Source: Nitrospirota bacterium (GTDB lineage: Bacteria; Nitrospirota; Nitrospiria; Nitrospirales; Nitrospiraceae). Taken from it: DNA of 39,008 bases. The notes beneath the pieces are model-generated. The model saw only the letters and a program-made list of their open reading frames with translations, was not told the DNA's origin and searched no databases. How positions within the stretch are numbered: position 1 is the stretch's first letter; each line of letters starts with the position of its first letter. The DNA lies in assembly GCA_016195505.1 (NCBI GenBank), contig JACPZN010000054.1, positions 1 to 39,008 on the forward strand, written 5' to 3'. A program made the translations under genes and the position numbers. This document shows positions 1 to 9,148 of this stretch, one piece after another.

Positions 1-137
1 CCATTGTCGGTCATGGCCACGACGGAGGGCACCATATTGCGCTCGTTCCGCCCGGCGATGACGCGAGGAGCTCCCTTATCCATGTAGGCGACCAATGAAT
101 TGGTCGTGCCGAGGTCTATACCGACAATACGCGCCAT
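1..137 (-). CDS. hscA: Fe-S chaperone HscA (Hsp70 family), N-terminal part; runs off the window edge
   Basis: Manual translation from ATG at 137: MARIVGIDLGTTNSLVAYMDKGAPRVIAGRNERNMVPSVV. It has the Hsp70 GIDLGTTNS motif and lies directly downstream of hscB in the ISC operon. Confidence 0.88.
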   Translation of the reverse strand, partial: MARIVGIDLGTTNSLVAYMDKGAPRVIAGRNERNMVPSVVAMTDN

Positions 138-142
138 GGTCC

Positions 143-859
143 TTAGGCTATCGTTGCGACGAGGTCGTTGATGATGTTCTTGACGTAGGTTCGGTTCGAC
201 AGGATTTCTCGCATCTGTTTGAGAATTCGATCGCGCTCAGCGCGAGCCCGGTCGGTTGCTTCACCACGATCTTGGAGCGCATCCCAATTGGTGAACAGCT
301 GTTGCAAGTTGGTTTCCATGTCCTGTTGACGCCGTTCGAGCGTCACGCGCTCTGCCTGGAGCTTCGTGCGGAGTGCTGAGGTAGCTGCAGAGGATCGGTC
401 GGCTGCGCGGTATTCATCCAGCGTATCTTGGAGCTCGAGAATTTCTTCGAAGAGATCGGCAGGGGGTGATGTCCTGATCTCTTTGACGGCTCCGGCTTCC
501 AAATCGAGGAGATATTCGGCTCGTTGAATTGGGTCTCTCAGCGTGCGATAGGCGGAATTCAGCATCGCGGAATTGCCAAGGCTGATCGTTTGTTCTTCCG
601 CGCTCTTCCCCTGAAAGAAGTCCGGATGGAACGCGCGGCTGAGTTCGTAGAACTTGGTTTCCAGTTGAGGCAGATCGATCGTCAGCCGGCGGGGGAGGCC
701 CAAGCAGGTGAAATAGTCGACATCTTTCGAGACCGGCTGGACCTTAACGCAGCGTTCGCAGAAGTACTCGCCGGCCACTTCGGACTGGCAGTGCCAACAC
801 ATACTCCGCGCCATCTGGAGTTCGCGAGGATTTGTGCCGTGGGTGCGGTGATGGTCCAT
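143..859 (-). CDS. hscB: Fe-S co-chaperone HscB with N-terminal tetra-cysteine Zn finger
   Basis: J-domain HPD motif (FHPDFF), AYRTLRDPIQRAEYLL and CWHC...CERC; ISC context. Start placed at ATG 859, behind GGTAGAGG. Confidence 0.93.
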   Translation of the reverse strand: MDHHRTHGTNPRELQMARSMCWHCQSEVAGEYFCERCVKVQPVSKDVDYFTCLGLPRRLTIDLPQLETKFYELSRAFHPDFFQGKSAEEQTISLGNSAMLNSAYRTLRDPIQRAEYLLDLEAGAVKEIRTSPPADLFEEILELQDTLDEYRAADRSSAATSALRTKLQAERVTLERRQQDMETNLQQLFTNWDALQDRGEATDRARAERDRILKQMREILSNRTYVKNIINDLVATIA

Positions 860-881
860 ACCTCTACCTGCTCTGACAAGA

Positions 882-906
882 CAGGCATGGCAACGGGCCA
901 TGCCTG
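882..906. terminator. Perfect 10-bp stem-loop between iscA and hscB (terminator, attenuator or mRNA stabiliser)
   Basis: CAGGCATGGC-AACGG-GCCATGCCTG; no strong U-tract follows. Confidence 0.45.
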
Positions 907-940
907 CGTGAAGATTCTCTCCGGTGACTTTTGATGCTGA

Positions 941-1297
941 TTATGCCGAGAACGATTCCCCGCAACCGCAGGTCTTGTTGGCGTTCGGGTTCACGAACTT
1001 GAAATTCCCGCCCATCAGGTCTTTTTGGAAGTCTAACTGGGTCCCCTGGAGATAAATGGCGCTCTTGGCATCGACGATGACTTTGACACCGTCGAACTCA
1101 TAGACCTGATCGTACTGGCCGATCTTCTCGTCGAAATTGATCGTATAGCTCAGACCCGAGCAGCCGCCGCCTTTGACGCCGAGGCGAAGCCCACCTCCCT
1201 CGATGCCTTGCACGTTGATCAGCCGCTTCACTTCCTTCAGGGCTGCCTCGCTGAGTGTGATGACAGGAGCCTGAGTTTCTGCATTCGTTGCGTCCAT
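941..1297 (-). CDS. iscA: A-type Fe-S carrier IscA (HesB family)
   Basis: GGCSGLSY and TCGCGESF motifs. Confidence 0.96.
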   Translation of the reverse strand: MDATNAETQAPVITLSEAALKEVKRLINVQGIEGGGLRLGVKGGGCSGLSYTINFDEKIGQYDQVYEFDGVKVIVDAKSAIYLQGTQLDFQKDLMGGNFKFVNPNANKTCGCGESFSA

Positions 1298-1318
1298 TGG
1301 GCGCTCCCTTCGTAAGCG

Positions 1319-1717
1319 TTACTTGGCGTCAGCCAGCTGTCCATCAGACTTCTTTTGATAATCGGCCAATGCCGCCTTGATCGCATCTTCCGCGAGCACG
1401 GAGCAGTGAATCTTCACCGGCGGGAGGTTCAGCTCCTGCACGATGTCCGTATTCTTGATCTTCTGGGCTTCCTCGATCGTCTTGCCCTTGAGCCATTCGG
1501 TGGCCAGACTGGAGCTGGCAATAGCCGAACCGCAGCCGAAGGTCTTAAACTTTGCATCCACGATCGTATCGTTCTGCACCTTGATCTGGAGCTTCATGAC
1601 GTCGCCGCACTCTGGCGCGCCGACCATCCCGGTGCCGACTCCTTCCTCATCCTTCTTAAAGCTCCCCATGTTGCGGGGGTTGTTGAAATGATCGACGACT
1701 TTATCGCTGTATGCCAT
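1319..1717 (-). CDS. iscU: Fe-S scaffold IscU
   Basis: MAYSDKVVDHFNNPRNMG, APECGDVM, FGCGSAIAS, LPPVKIHCS. Confidence 0.97.
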   Translation of the reverse strand: MAYSDKVVDHFNNPRNMGSFKKDEEGVGTGMVGAPECGDVMKLQIKVQNDTIVDAKFKTFGCGSAIASSSLATEWLKGKTIEEAQKIKNTDIVQELNLPPVKIHCSVLAEDAIKAALADYQKKSDGQLADAK

Positions 1718-1730
1718 GGTCACCTCCGAA

Positions 1731-1758
1731 ATTTACAATTTTAGATTTTCAATTGATG
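1731..1758. repeat. Degenerate 7-bp tandem repeat, AT-rich
   Basis: ATTTACA ATTTTAG ATTTTCA ATTGATG filling the iscS-iscU spacer. Confidence 0.5.
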
Positions 1759-2976
1759 TCAATGCGCGGCCCACTGAACGGATTTCAGGTCGACGCCTTC
1801 TTTTGCCATTTCGTAAAGCGGGGACATTTCTCGCAGCTTGGTGACAACCTCAATAACCTTTCTAATCGTGTAGTCAATCTCCTCGTCGGTATTGAAGCGG
1901 CCCAGGCCGAAGCGGATCGAGGAATGGGCGAGTTCCACACCGACACCGAGCGCGCGCAACACGTAGGATGGTTCCAATGTCGCTGAGGTGCAGGCTGAGC
2001 CGGATGAGAGTGCAATGTCCTTCATGCCCATCAGTAACGACTCGCCTTCGACGTAGGCAAAGGAGATGTTCAGGTTGCCGGGCAACCGATTGGTCGGGTG
2101 GCCGTTCAGATAGCTTTCTTCGAGAGCGGCCATGATGCCGGCTTCAAGCCGATCGCGCAAGGCTGCCAGCCGGACGGATTCCTTGGCCATCTCTTGATCG
2201 CAGATTTCACAGGCCTTTCCGAATCCGACGATCAGCGGAACTGGGAGCGTGCCGGACCGCATGCCACGCTCGTGGCCGCCGCCATCCATTTGTGCCGCAA
2301 TTCGCACCCGAGGATTCTTCTTCCGGACGTAGAGGGCACCGACTCCCTTAGGTCCATAGATCTTATGGGCTGTGAACGACATGAGGTCGATGCCCATGTC
2401 CTGGACATCCACCGGGATTTTGCCCACTCCCTGCGTCGCGTCGCAATGAAAGAGAATGCCCTTCTCCTTGGCGATCTTACCGATCGCTTTCACCGGATTG
2501 ATCGTGCCGATTTCGTTATTAGCCAACATCACGGAGATCAGGATAGTTTTGTCCGTGATGGCGTTTCGCACGTCTTCGGGATTCACCATGCCGTGTTTGT
2601 CGACCGGTAGATAGGTCACCTTGGCGAGCCCTTTGGCCTCGAGGGACTTGGCCGTATCGAGCACGGCGCGGTGTTCCGTGGACGATGTGATGATATGGGT
2701 GCCCTTCTCCTTATACATCTCCAGGACGCCCTTGATCGCGAGGTTGTCCGATTCAGTGGCGCCGCTGGTGAAGACAATTTCCTTCGAGTCGGCCTTGATC
2801 AACTTCGCAATCTGTTTGCTGGCCTGCTCCACCGCTTCTTCCGCGGCCCAGCCGAACGCATGGTTACGACTGGCCGCGTTCCCGAACTTTTCGACGAAGT
2901 AGGGGAGCATGGCTTCCAGCACCCGCGGATCCATCGGCGTGGTGGAATGGTTGTCTAAGAAAATAGGAAGCTTCAT
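1759..2976 (-). CDS. iscS: Cysteine desulfurase IscS
   Basis: [12 protein letters not shown] lysine in [10 protein letters not shown], catalytic SSGSACTS, C-terminal SPLYEM...WAAH. Confidence 0.97.
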   Translation of the reverse strand: MKLPIFLDNHSTTPMDPRVLEAMLPYFVEKFGNAASRNHAFGWAAEEAVEQASKQIAKLIKADSKEIVFTSGATESDNLAIKGVLEMYKEKGTHIITSSTEHRAVLDTAKSLEAKGLAKVTYLPVDKHGMVNPEDVRNAITDKTILISVMLANNEIGTINPVKAIGKIAKEKGILFHCDATQGVGKIPVDVQDMGIDLMSFTAHKIYGPKGVGALYVRKKNPRVRIAAQMDGGGHERGMRSGTLPVPLIVGFGKACEICDQEMAKESVRLAALRDRLEAGIMAALEESYLNGHPTNRLPGNLNISFAYVEGESLLMGMKDIALSSGSACTSATLEPSYVLRALGVGVELAHSSIRFGLGRFNTDEEIDYTIRKVIEVVTKLREMSPLYEMAKEGVDLKSVQWAAH

Positions 2977-3446
2977 CGTTCGACTCCTTGTGCCGTGAGA
3001 GACTGAATTGTGATAAGGGGCGTGCCGCCCATCATGTCTTGTAGGGTCATATTGTTCAGAAGCTGATAAATACTGTCCTGCACCTTAAGTAGTGGCGTGC
3101 GGATGTTGCAGTGTTCCCGCTGCATACAGAATTCACCGTCTTTTTCATGCGAGCAGTCGGTGATGCCCAATGGCCCTTCAATGCTCTCAAGAATCTGTGC
3201 GATCGTGATCTCTCCGGCACTCCGGGCGAGCAGGTAGCCGCCCTTCGGGCCGTTATGGCTTTCGATCATGCCGTTCTTGGATAGGGCTTGGAGGACTTTA
3301 GCCAGCAACTCCAGCGGAATGTTGTATTCCTCAGCGATTTCTTTCGTATTCACGACACGGCCTGGTGTCATATCGCCGAATTGGACAGAGGCTATATGCT
3401 GGAGTGCCATGAGGGCATAGTCAGCTTTTTTTGAGATCTTCAACAT
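2973..3446 (-). CDS. iscR: Rrf2-family regulator, IscR-like
   Basis: [22 protein letters not shown] wing, three Cys (C-x8-C-x5-C); heads the isc operon and overlaps the iscS start. Confidence 0.85.
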   Translation of the reverse strand: MLKISKKADYALMALQHIASVQFGDMTPGRVVNTKEIAEEYNIPLELLAKVLQALSKNGMIESHNGPKGGYLLARSAGEITIAQILESIEGPLGITDCSHEKDGEFCMQREHCNIRTPLLKVQDSIYQLLNNMTLQDMMGGTPLITIQSLTAQGVER

Positions 3447-3454
3447 AGCTATTG

Positions 3455-3503
3455 CCGATCGATAGGATCGGAGACTATAATGATCTCCGATCAAAATGGT
3501 CGG
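3455..3503. promoter_or_regulatory. Two tandem palindromic operators CCGATC-N5-G(A/G)TCGG, probably Rrf2/IscR sites
   Basis: 3455-3471 CCGATC-GATAG-GATCGG and 3487-3503 CCGATC-AAAAT-GGTCGG, 32 bp apart, lying between the promoter and the iscR start. Confidence 0.7.
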
Positions 3504-3507
3504 ACTA

Positions 3508-3536
3508 AGACTAGCACGCAAGTCCTAGGTTGTCAA
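3508..3536 (-). promoter_or_regulatory. Sigma70-type promoter of the isc operon
   Basis: Minus strand TTGACA-N17-TAGTCT. Confidence 0.7.
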
Positions 3537-3579
3537 CACGGGATTAGAGCCGGATTCAGTACGAGAAAGGGATGAGCAC

Positions 3580-3996
3580 ATGGGCGGGACAAACCCCTAT
3601 ATTGAGAAAGCCAACTACGAGCTTCCCAAGACCTCCTATACCATCACCTACATCTACCCGGATGGAGCCGTAACCAAGGTCACCGTAGATCCAGAAAAGA
3701 TCCCCTATGGCCCAACTGGGCTTCCCGGGAGCATCCTTGACATTGCCATGGGCAACGGAGTGGACTTGGAGCATGTGTGCGGGGGGGTCTGCGCCTGTTC
3801 GACCTGTCACGTGATGGTGAAGCAGGGGTTGGAAAGCTGCAACGAAGGCAGCGACGACGAATACGATCAGCTTGATGAAGCACCGATGACCACGCTGCAG
3901 TCACGGCTGGGCTGCCAATGTGTGCCCAACGGAACGAAGGACATCGTAATCGAGATCCCAGCCGTGAACAAGAACCTCGTCAGAGAAGGTCACTGA
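3580..3996 (+). CDS. fdx: 2Fe-2S ferredoxin, adrenodoxin/ISC type
   Basis: HVCGGVCACSTCHV and SRLGCQ motifs. Confidence 0.92.
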   Translation: MGGTNPYIEKANYELPKTSYTITYIYPDGAVTKVTVDPEKIPYGPTGLPGSILDIAMGNGVDLEHVCGGVCACSTCHVMVKQGLESCNEGSDDEYDQLDEAPMTTLQSRLGCQCVPNGTKDIVIEIPAVNKNLVREGH

Positions 3997-4074
3997 GCAA
4001 TACATGATTCGTCTCGGACTCTGTTCTTCAGCCGCCTCTTGATTGACCGCTGACATGTGACGCATGGCGATCCT

Positions 4075-4779
4075 CTAGTCATATGTCTCAACCCTCACTT
4101 CCTTTCGATCGTAGCCTGCTTCCGTGAGATAAGCCCGCAGCGGACGGACGAACGCTTTGGTTCCACAGAGCATGGGGGTCGCTGCAAGCTGTCCCTCTAC
4201 CAATGGCTTGAGCATCAAGAGTGCTTTTTCGACGGCTTCCGCCTCACCCCCCGGTGCCATCAAAGGAAGGTATCGAAAGGAGTGGTGCTGCACGGCCATC
4301 GTGAGCAATTCCTGATGAAACAGCAATTCGTCTTCGGCGGGCGCCACCGCGATCAATAAGATCGGAACCTGGAGTTTGGCGAAAAACATCTGTTTTAATA
4401 GGCACCGTATCGGTACGAGACCAGTGTATCGCGCAACAAGCAACAGCTCTCGATCGAGTGGTTGAGGCAGGAGAAAATTTCCATAAGGACCGGACAATGG
4501 GACTTCATCGCCGGACCTCAGTTGGTAGAGATAATTCGAACCAAGTCCACCGGGAACGCGATCGAATACCAGTGTCAATTCTCCATAGGGTGATGAGGGA
4601 TCGGCCATCGAATAAGCGCGATTGAGCGGCGGTTTTGGTCCGACCGGCAACTTGAGGGAGACCCATTGTCCGGGCTGAAATAAAATCCTTTTGGTCTTTG
4701 GGCGGAGGACGAGCTGGCGGACATGCGGGGTGAGGTCAAGGACCGAGAGTACCGTGGCTGGCTGCGTAGGTTCTGCCAT
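4075..4779 (-). CDS. FAD/NAD(P)-binding oxidoreductase, ferredoxin-NADP reductase-like
   Basis: FQPGQW, RAYS flavin motif, GLGSNYL, GPYGNF, MLCG, C-terminal ETYD. Confidence 0.85.
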   Translation of the reverse strand: MAEPTQPATVLSVLDLTPHVRQLVLRPKTKRILFQPGQWVSLKLPVGPKPPLNRAYSMADPSSPYGELTLVFDRVPGGLGSNYLYQLRSGDEVPLSGPYGNFLLPQPLDRELLLVARYTGLVPIRCLLKQMFFAKLQVPILLIAVAPAEDELLFHQELLTMAVQHHSFRYLPLMAPGGEAEAVEKALLMLKPLVEGQLAATPMLCGTKAFVRPLRAYLTEAGYDRKEVRVETYD

Positions 4780-4902
4780 AGCGATCTCCCAGCATGGTCA
4801 TAGCAGAAGCCATGGAGAGATGGAAGCACCGCGATTGTGTACAAGGATTTTCACTGCATGGTATAGATACCGACCCTTAGTCGATCAATGGATCTGACCT
4901 CT

Positions 4903-6318
4903 ATGAGCCAAGTGCGCGTTCGTTTCGCTCCCAGCCCCACCGGCTTCCTCCACATCGGCGGAGTCCGCACGGCCCTGTTCAATTGGCTCTTTGCACGCCA
5001 GCAGAAGGGCATCTTCATTCTCCGCATTGAGGATACGGATCAGAGTCGGTCTACGAATGAATCGATCCAGGCCATTATCGAAGGGATGAAATGGGTGGGG
5101 CTCGATTGGGATGAAGGCCCTTTTCGGCAGACCGAGCGGATGGACCTCTATCGAAGCCATGCGATGAAATTGCTGGAGAAAGGCCAGGCCTATTGGTGTG
5201 TCTGCAGAGCAGAAGAGTTGGAAGCTCGGCGAAAGGAAGCGGAAATGAAAGGCCTGTCGCCTCGCTATGACGGCCGCTGCCGAAGGCTAGGCATAAGAAA
5301 TCCATCAGGGGATGCCGCGCTCCGGTTCAAGGCACCGCAGGAAGGCCATACGGTTGTCGATGATTTGATCAAGGGTAAGATCGTCTTCGACAATAATGTA
5401 CTGGACGATCTAATCATTCTCAGGTCAAATGGCTATCCGACCTACAACTTTTCCGTCGTTGTCGATGATGCCTTGATGAGCATCACGCATGTCGTGCGCG
5501 GAGACGATCACTTGACGAACACGCCAAGACAGGTACCGATATTCGAGGCGCTTGGGTTTCCCATCCCGCGCTTCGGGCATTTGCCGATGATTCTGGGGCC
5601 GGATAAAACCCGGCTCTCCAAGCGGCATGGCGCCACCTCGATCGTGGCTTACAAAGAGATGGGGTACCTCCCCGATGCCATGGTCAACTATTTGGCGCGG
5701 CTCGGCTGGTCGCACGGCGATCAAGAGCTCTTTACTCGTGAACAACTCATCGAGAAGTTTTCCTGGAAGAACGTGCAAACCTCAGCTGCCGTGTTCAATC
5801 CGGAGAAGCTGCTCTGGATGAATGCCGAGTACATCAAGACCAGCCCGCCGAGCCAAGTCGCTCAGGCACTTGTGCCGTTGTTGGAACGGGCAGGGCTGAA
5901 GAACGAGATCGTTGCTGTCTCAGATGAGTGGCTGGCGCAACTGGTGGTCTTGGTAAAGGAACGGGCGAAAACACTGGTGGAGATGGTCGATTGGGTAAGG
6001 CCGTATTTCGGGCAATCGGTCGCAGTTGATGAGGAGGCAGCGAAGAAGTTTCTCGCGCCGGCCATGGCGCCGATTCTTGGCAAGCTGCTTGCGCGGTTCG
6101 AGTCGTTTCCAACATTTTCCAAGCAGGAGTGGGAAAACTGCTTCAAGAAATTCGTCGAAGAAGAAGGCATGAAGATGGGCCAGCTTGCTCAGCCTGTTCG
6201 CGTTGCCCTCACCGGTCGCACCGCCAGCCCGGGCCTGTTCGAGGTGATGGAGATTCTCGGACGAGAACGAACGCTGGTCCGGCTCAGAAAAGGGATCGAG
6301 CGAGCAGCGCAGGCCTAG
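4903..6318 (+). CDS. gltX: Glutamate--tRNA ligase
   Basis: RFAPSPTGFLHIGG, LRIEDTD, LSKR and RVALTG motifs. Start is 4903 or 4888. Confidence 0.97.
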   Translation: MSQVRVRFAPSPTGFLHIGGVRTALFNWLFARQQKGIFILRIEDTDQSRSTNESIQAIIEGMKWVGLDWDEGPFRQTERMDLYRSHAMKLLEKGQAYWCVCRAEELEARRKEAEMKGLSPRYDGRCRRLGIRNPSGDAALRFKAPQEGHTVVDDLIKGKIVFDNNVLDDLIILRSNGYPTYNFSVVVDDALMSITHVVRGDDHLTNTPRQVPIFEALGFPIPRFGHLPMILGPDKTRLSKRHGATSIVAYKEMGYLPDAMVNYLARLGWSHGDQELFTREQLIEKFSWKNVQTSAAVFNPEKLLWMNAEYIKTSPPSQVAQALVPLLERAGLKNEIVAVSDEWLAQLVVLVKERAKTLVEMVDWVRPYFGQSVAVDEEAAKKFLAPAMAPILGKLLARFESFPTFSKQEWENCFKKFVEEEGMKMGQLAQPVRVALTGRTASPGLFEVMEILGRERTLVRLRKGIERAAQA

Positions 6319-6347
6319 CGCGAGTAACGAACAAACCCGCGCTGATC

Positions 6348-6377
6348 TTGACGGAATCAGGACCCGTATATTACTGT
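6348..6377 (+). promoter_or_regulatory. Putative promoter of the tRNA-Gln pair
   Basis: TTGACG-N18-TACTGT, 10 bp upstream of the first tRNA. Confidence 0.4.
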
Positions 6378-6387
6378 GAGCATCGGT

Positions 6388-6461
6388 TGGGGGATCGTCT
6401 AGCGGTAGGACGTCAGTCTCTGGATCTGACTACCTAGGTTCGATTCCTAGTCCCCCAGCCA
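6388..6461 (+). tRNA. tRNA-Gln(CUG)
   Basis: Acceptor TGGGGGA/TCCCCCA, anticodon loop CT-CTG-GA, T-loop GGTTCGATTCC, encoded CCA. Confidence 0.96.
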
Positions 6462-6509
6462 ATTATTTCTCCCCGCCGTTCCAGATAATGATTTGCTGCC
6501 GTACCGCGC

Positions 6510-6583
6510 TGGGGGATCGTCTAGCGGTAGGACGCCGGTCTTTGGAGCCGGCTACCTAGGTTCGATTCCTAGTCCCCCAGCCA
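6510..6583 (+). tRNA. tRNA-Gln(UUG)
   Basis: Same body as the upstream tRNA; anticodon arm CCGGT-CTTTGGA-GCCGG; encoded CCA. Confidence 0.96.
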
Positions 6584-6612
6584 CTTTTCTTCCACCCCCT
6601 CTTCCAGCTCGA

Positions 6613-7656
6613 TCATTTCAACGACGCCAGATCGATCACGAACCGGAACCGCACGTCGCCCTTGAGGACGCGTTCGTATGCCTCGTTCACCTGCTGAATC
6701 GGGATCACTTCGACATCGGATTCGATCCGGTGCTCGGCACAGAAATCGAGCATCTCCTGCGTTTCACGGATGCCGCCGATGATGGAGCCGGCGATGCGTC
6801 GTCGATGCAAAATCAACGGGAAGGGCTCCAATGGTGTTGGTTTGTCCGGCGCGCCGACGAGGATTATTGTTCCATCGGTTTTGAGCAAGTTCACGTAAGC
6901 ATTGTAATCATGCGGCGCTGAAACGGTATCGAGCACGAAATCGAAGTGTCGCTGGAGTCTTGCGAAAGTCTCGGTCTGCGACGTGACGGCGAAGTCTGTG
7001 GCGCCCAACCGCTCCGCGTCCTTCCTTTTTCGCTCGGACGTGCTTAAAACAGTGACCTCAGTGCCGAGCGCCTTAGCGATTTTTACAGCCATGTGGCCGA
7101 GCCCGCCCAATCCAACCACTGCCAACTTGTGATACTTGCCGACGCCCCAATGCCTAAGCGGAGAGTAGGTAGTGATGCCTGCACAGAGTAACGGAGCTGC
7201 GCCGGCCGGCGAGAGCACCTGGGGAATCCGCAACACATAGTTCTCGTCGACGACGATCTGCGTCGAGTATCCGCCTTGAGTCGTTTGGCCGTTTTTATCG
7301 CGCCCGCTATAGGTGAGGACCATGCCGGCTTCACAATACTGCTCCAATCCCTCGCGACAGGCAGGACACTCTCGACAGGAATCGACGAAGCAACCGACGC
7401 CGGCAGTCTGGCCGACACGAAACTGCTTCACCGCACGCCCTAGCTGCGCGATTGTGCCGACGATTTCGTGGCCCGGCACCATCGGGAATATCGATCCGCC
7501 CCATTCGTCGCGGGCCTGGTGGATATCCGAGTGACAAATGCCACAGTGGGTGATCTTGACGAGGACATCGTGAGCACCTACGTCTCGTCGTTGAAATGAA
7601 AAGGATTGCAGGGCGGCCTTTGCCGTCATCGCCGCATAGCCTTTGGCCGAAATCAT
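6613..7656 (-). CDS. NAD(P)-dependent Zn alcohol dehydrogenase (cinnamyl-alcohol DH/YahK-like)
   Basis: CHSD, PGHE, structural Zn CRECPACREGLEQYC, APLLCAGITTYSPL, GLGGLG, RFRFVID. Confidence 0.93.
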   Translation of the reverse strand: MISAKGYAAMTAKAALQSFSFQRRDVGAHDVLVKITHCGICHSDIHQARDEWGGSIFPMVPGHEIVGTIAQLGRAVKQFRVGQTAGVGCFVDSCRECPACREGLEQYCEAGMVLTYSGRDKNGQTTQGGYSTQIVVDENYVLRIPQVLSPAGAAPLLCAGITTYSPLRHWGVGKYHKLAVVGLGGLGHMAVKIAKALGTEVTVLSTSERKRKDAERLGATDFAVTSQTETFARLQRHFDFVLDTVSAPHDYNAYVNLLKTDGTIILVGAPDKPTPLEPFPLILHRRRIAGSIIGGIRETQEMLDFCAEHRIESDVEVIPIQQVNEAYERVLKGDVRFRFVIDLASLK

Positions 7657-7815
7657 GGCGGTGCTCCAGGTTGAGGGTAAATGGGATGAGAACCGTATCA
7701 AGAAGCGGTGAGTTTGCCAACTAGGAAAAATAGGGAAGGTACAGCTCGTCAACCACATCCTGCGACATTCGTTGTATCATGCAGCCAAGCATGTCAATCC
7801 GAGGGGGATCATGGC

Positions 7816-9144
7816 ATGGCGATGACCTTCCAAGATGCGCGACACCTGCTCGCACGAACGGGATTCGGCGGGATGCCAACAGAGATTCGCCAGCTTGCAA
7901 AGCTCGACCGGGACGACGCTGTCGATACCATCCTGAACAGCACCAACAAGGACGCGAAGACTAGCCCGCCACACGACGTGATGACCGCCTTGCCGCCGGC
8001 CGAGGGTATGAAAGGGATGACCTTTGAGCAGAAGAAGGCCTTCAAGCAGGAGCGGCATGAGGAGGCGTTTGAGCTCAAAGGCTGGTGGTATCAGGAACTG
8101 CTGGCGACCCAGTCGCCGCTCACTGAGCGGATGACGCTTTTCTGGCACAACCACTTCACGTCGAGTTTCCAGAAAGTGAAATGGCCGGCACTGCTCTATC
8201 ACCAGAACGTGCTGCTCCGACGCCATGCAGTTGGCTCCTTCCGTGAACTGCTGGTTCAGATTGCCAAAGACCCGGCCATGGTCCTCTATCTCGACACCCA
8301 AACGAACCACAAGAACCATCCGAATGAAAACTTCGCGCGGGAGTTGTTCGAGCTCTTCACACTAGGCGAGGGACACTACACCGAGGCGGACATTAAAGAA
8401 GCGGCCCGCGCGTTCACCGGCTGGCATGTAGCGAAATATCGGGGAGCAGAGTTTGCGTTCTATCGCCATCAGCATGACTCAGGTATCAAGCACGTGTTGG
8501 GGAAAACCGGTGCGTTCGGCGGTGATGACGTCTTGGCGATTGTTCTAGATCAACCGGCTTGTGCGAGTCACGTGACAAAAAAACTCTGGCGGGAATTCAT
8601 CTCAGATACACTAGATCAGCACGAGGCCGAACGCCTGGCGGTCGCCTTTCGCAACGGAGGTTACCAGATCAAACCTCTGCTGCGCGGATTGCTGACCACC
8701 CCACAGTTCTGGGCTCAAGAGAACCGCGGTGTGCTCGTGAAATCGCCGGTGGAACTACTGGTAGGGACGAGCCGGATTTTGAACTTGCCGATACACGATA
8801 CGGTGGCGTTGGCGAAGTATGGCAAGCGGCTCGGGCAGGACCTGTTTGACCCGCCGAACGTGAAAGGCTGGCCGGGTGGCACGCGCTGGATTACGGCGAC
8901 AACACTGCTCAATCGCTGGCAGCTTTTGCAACGAGGTCTCCGCGGGGCCGATATGGGCGGGCAGATGCATCACTACGCAAACATGGATGAGCTACATGGG
9001 GCGCCGTGGGTCGGCGAAGAGAGTCTTGAAACGATCCAGGCGGTCTTGACCCCGATTCCGCCTGTCGCCCCAGTCACGGAGAATGAGGATCACTGGGTGG
9101 TGGCGCAACAGTTGGTCATAGATCCGGTCTATCAATTGAAGTAG
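7816..9144 (+). CDS. DUF1800 family protein
   Basis: HLLARTGFG, ERMTLFWHNHF, PNENFARELFELFTLG, PPNVKGWPGG, terminal PVYQLK; RBS GAGGGG. Confidence 0.9.
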   Translation: MAMTFQDARHLLARTGFGGMPTEIRQLAKLDRDDAVDTILNSTNKDAKTSPPHDVMTALPPAEGMKGMTFEQKKAFKQERHEEAFELKGWWYQELLATQSPLTERMTLFWHNHFTSSFQKVKWPALLYHQNVLLRRHAVGSFRELLVQIAKDPAMVLYLDTQTNHKNHPNENFARELFELFTLGEGHYTEADIKEAARAFTGWHVAKYRGAEFAFYRHQHDSGIKHVLGKTGAFGGDDVLAIVLDQPACASHVTKKLWREFISDTLDQHEAERLAVAFRNGGYQIKPLLRGLLTTPQFWAQENRGVLVKSPVELLVGTSRILNLPIHDTVALAKYGKRLGQDLFDPPNVKGWPGGTRWITATTLLNRWQLLQRGLRGADMGGQMHHYANMDELHGAPWVGEESLETIQAVLTPIPPVAPVTENEDHWVVAQQLVIDPVYQLK

Positions 9145-9148
9145 GTGG

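Noticed and set aside
6388..6583. Direct repeat as attL/attR or CRISPR
   Set aside because: Both copies are complete tRNA-Gln genes. I saw no integrase and no duplicated tRNA 3' end elsewhere in the window.
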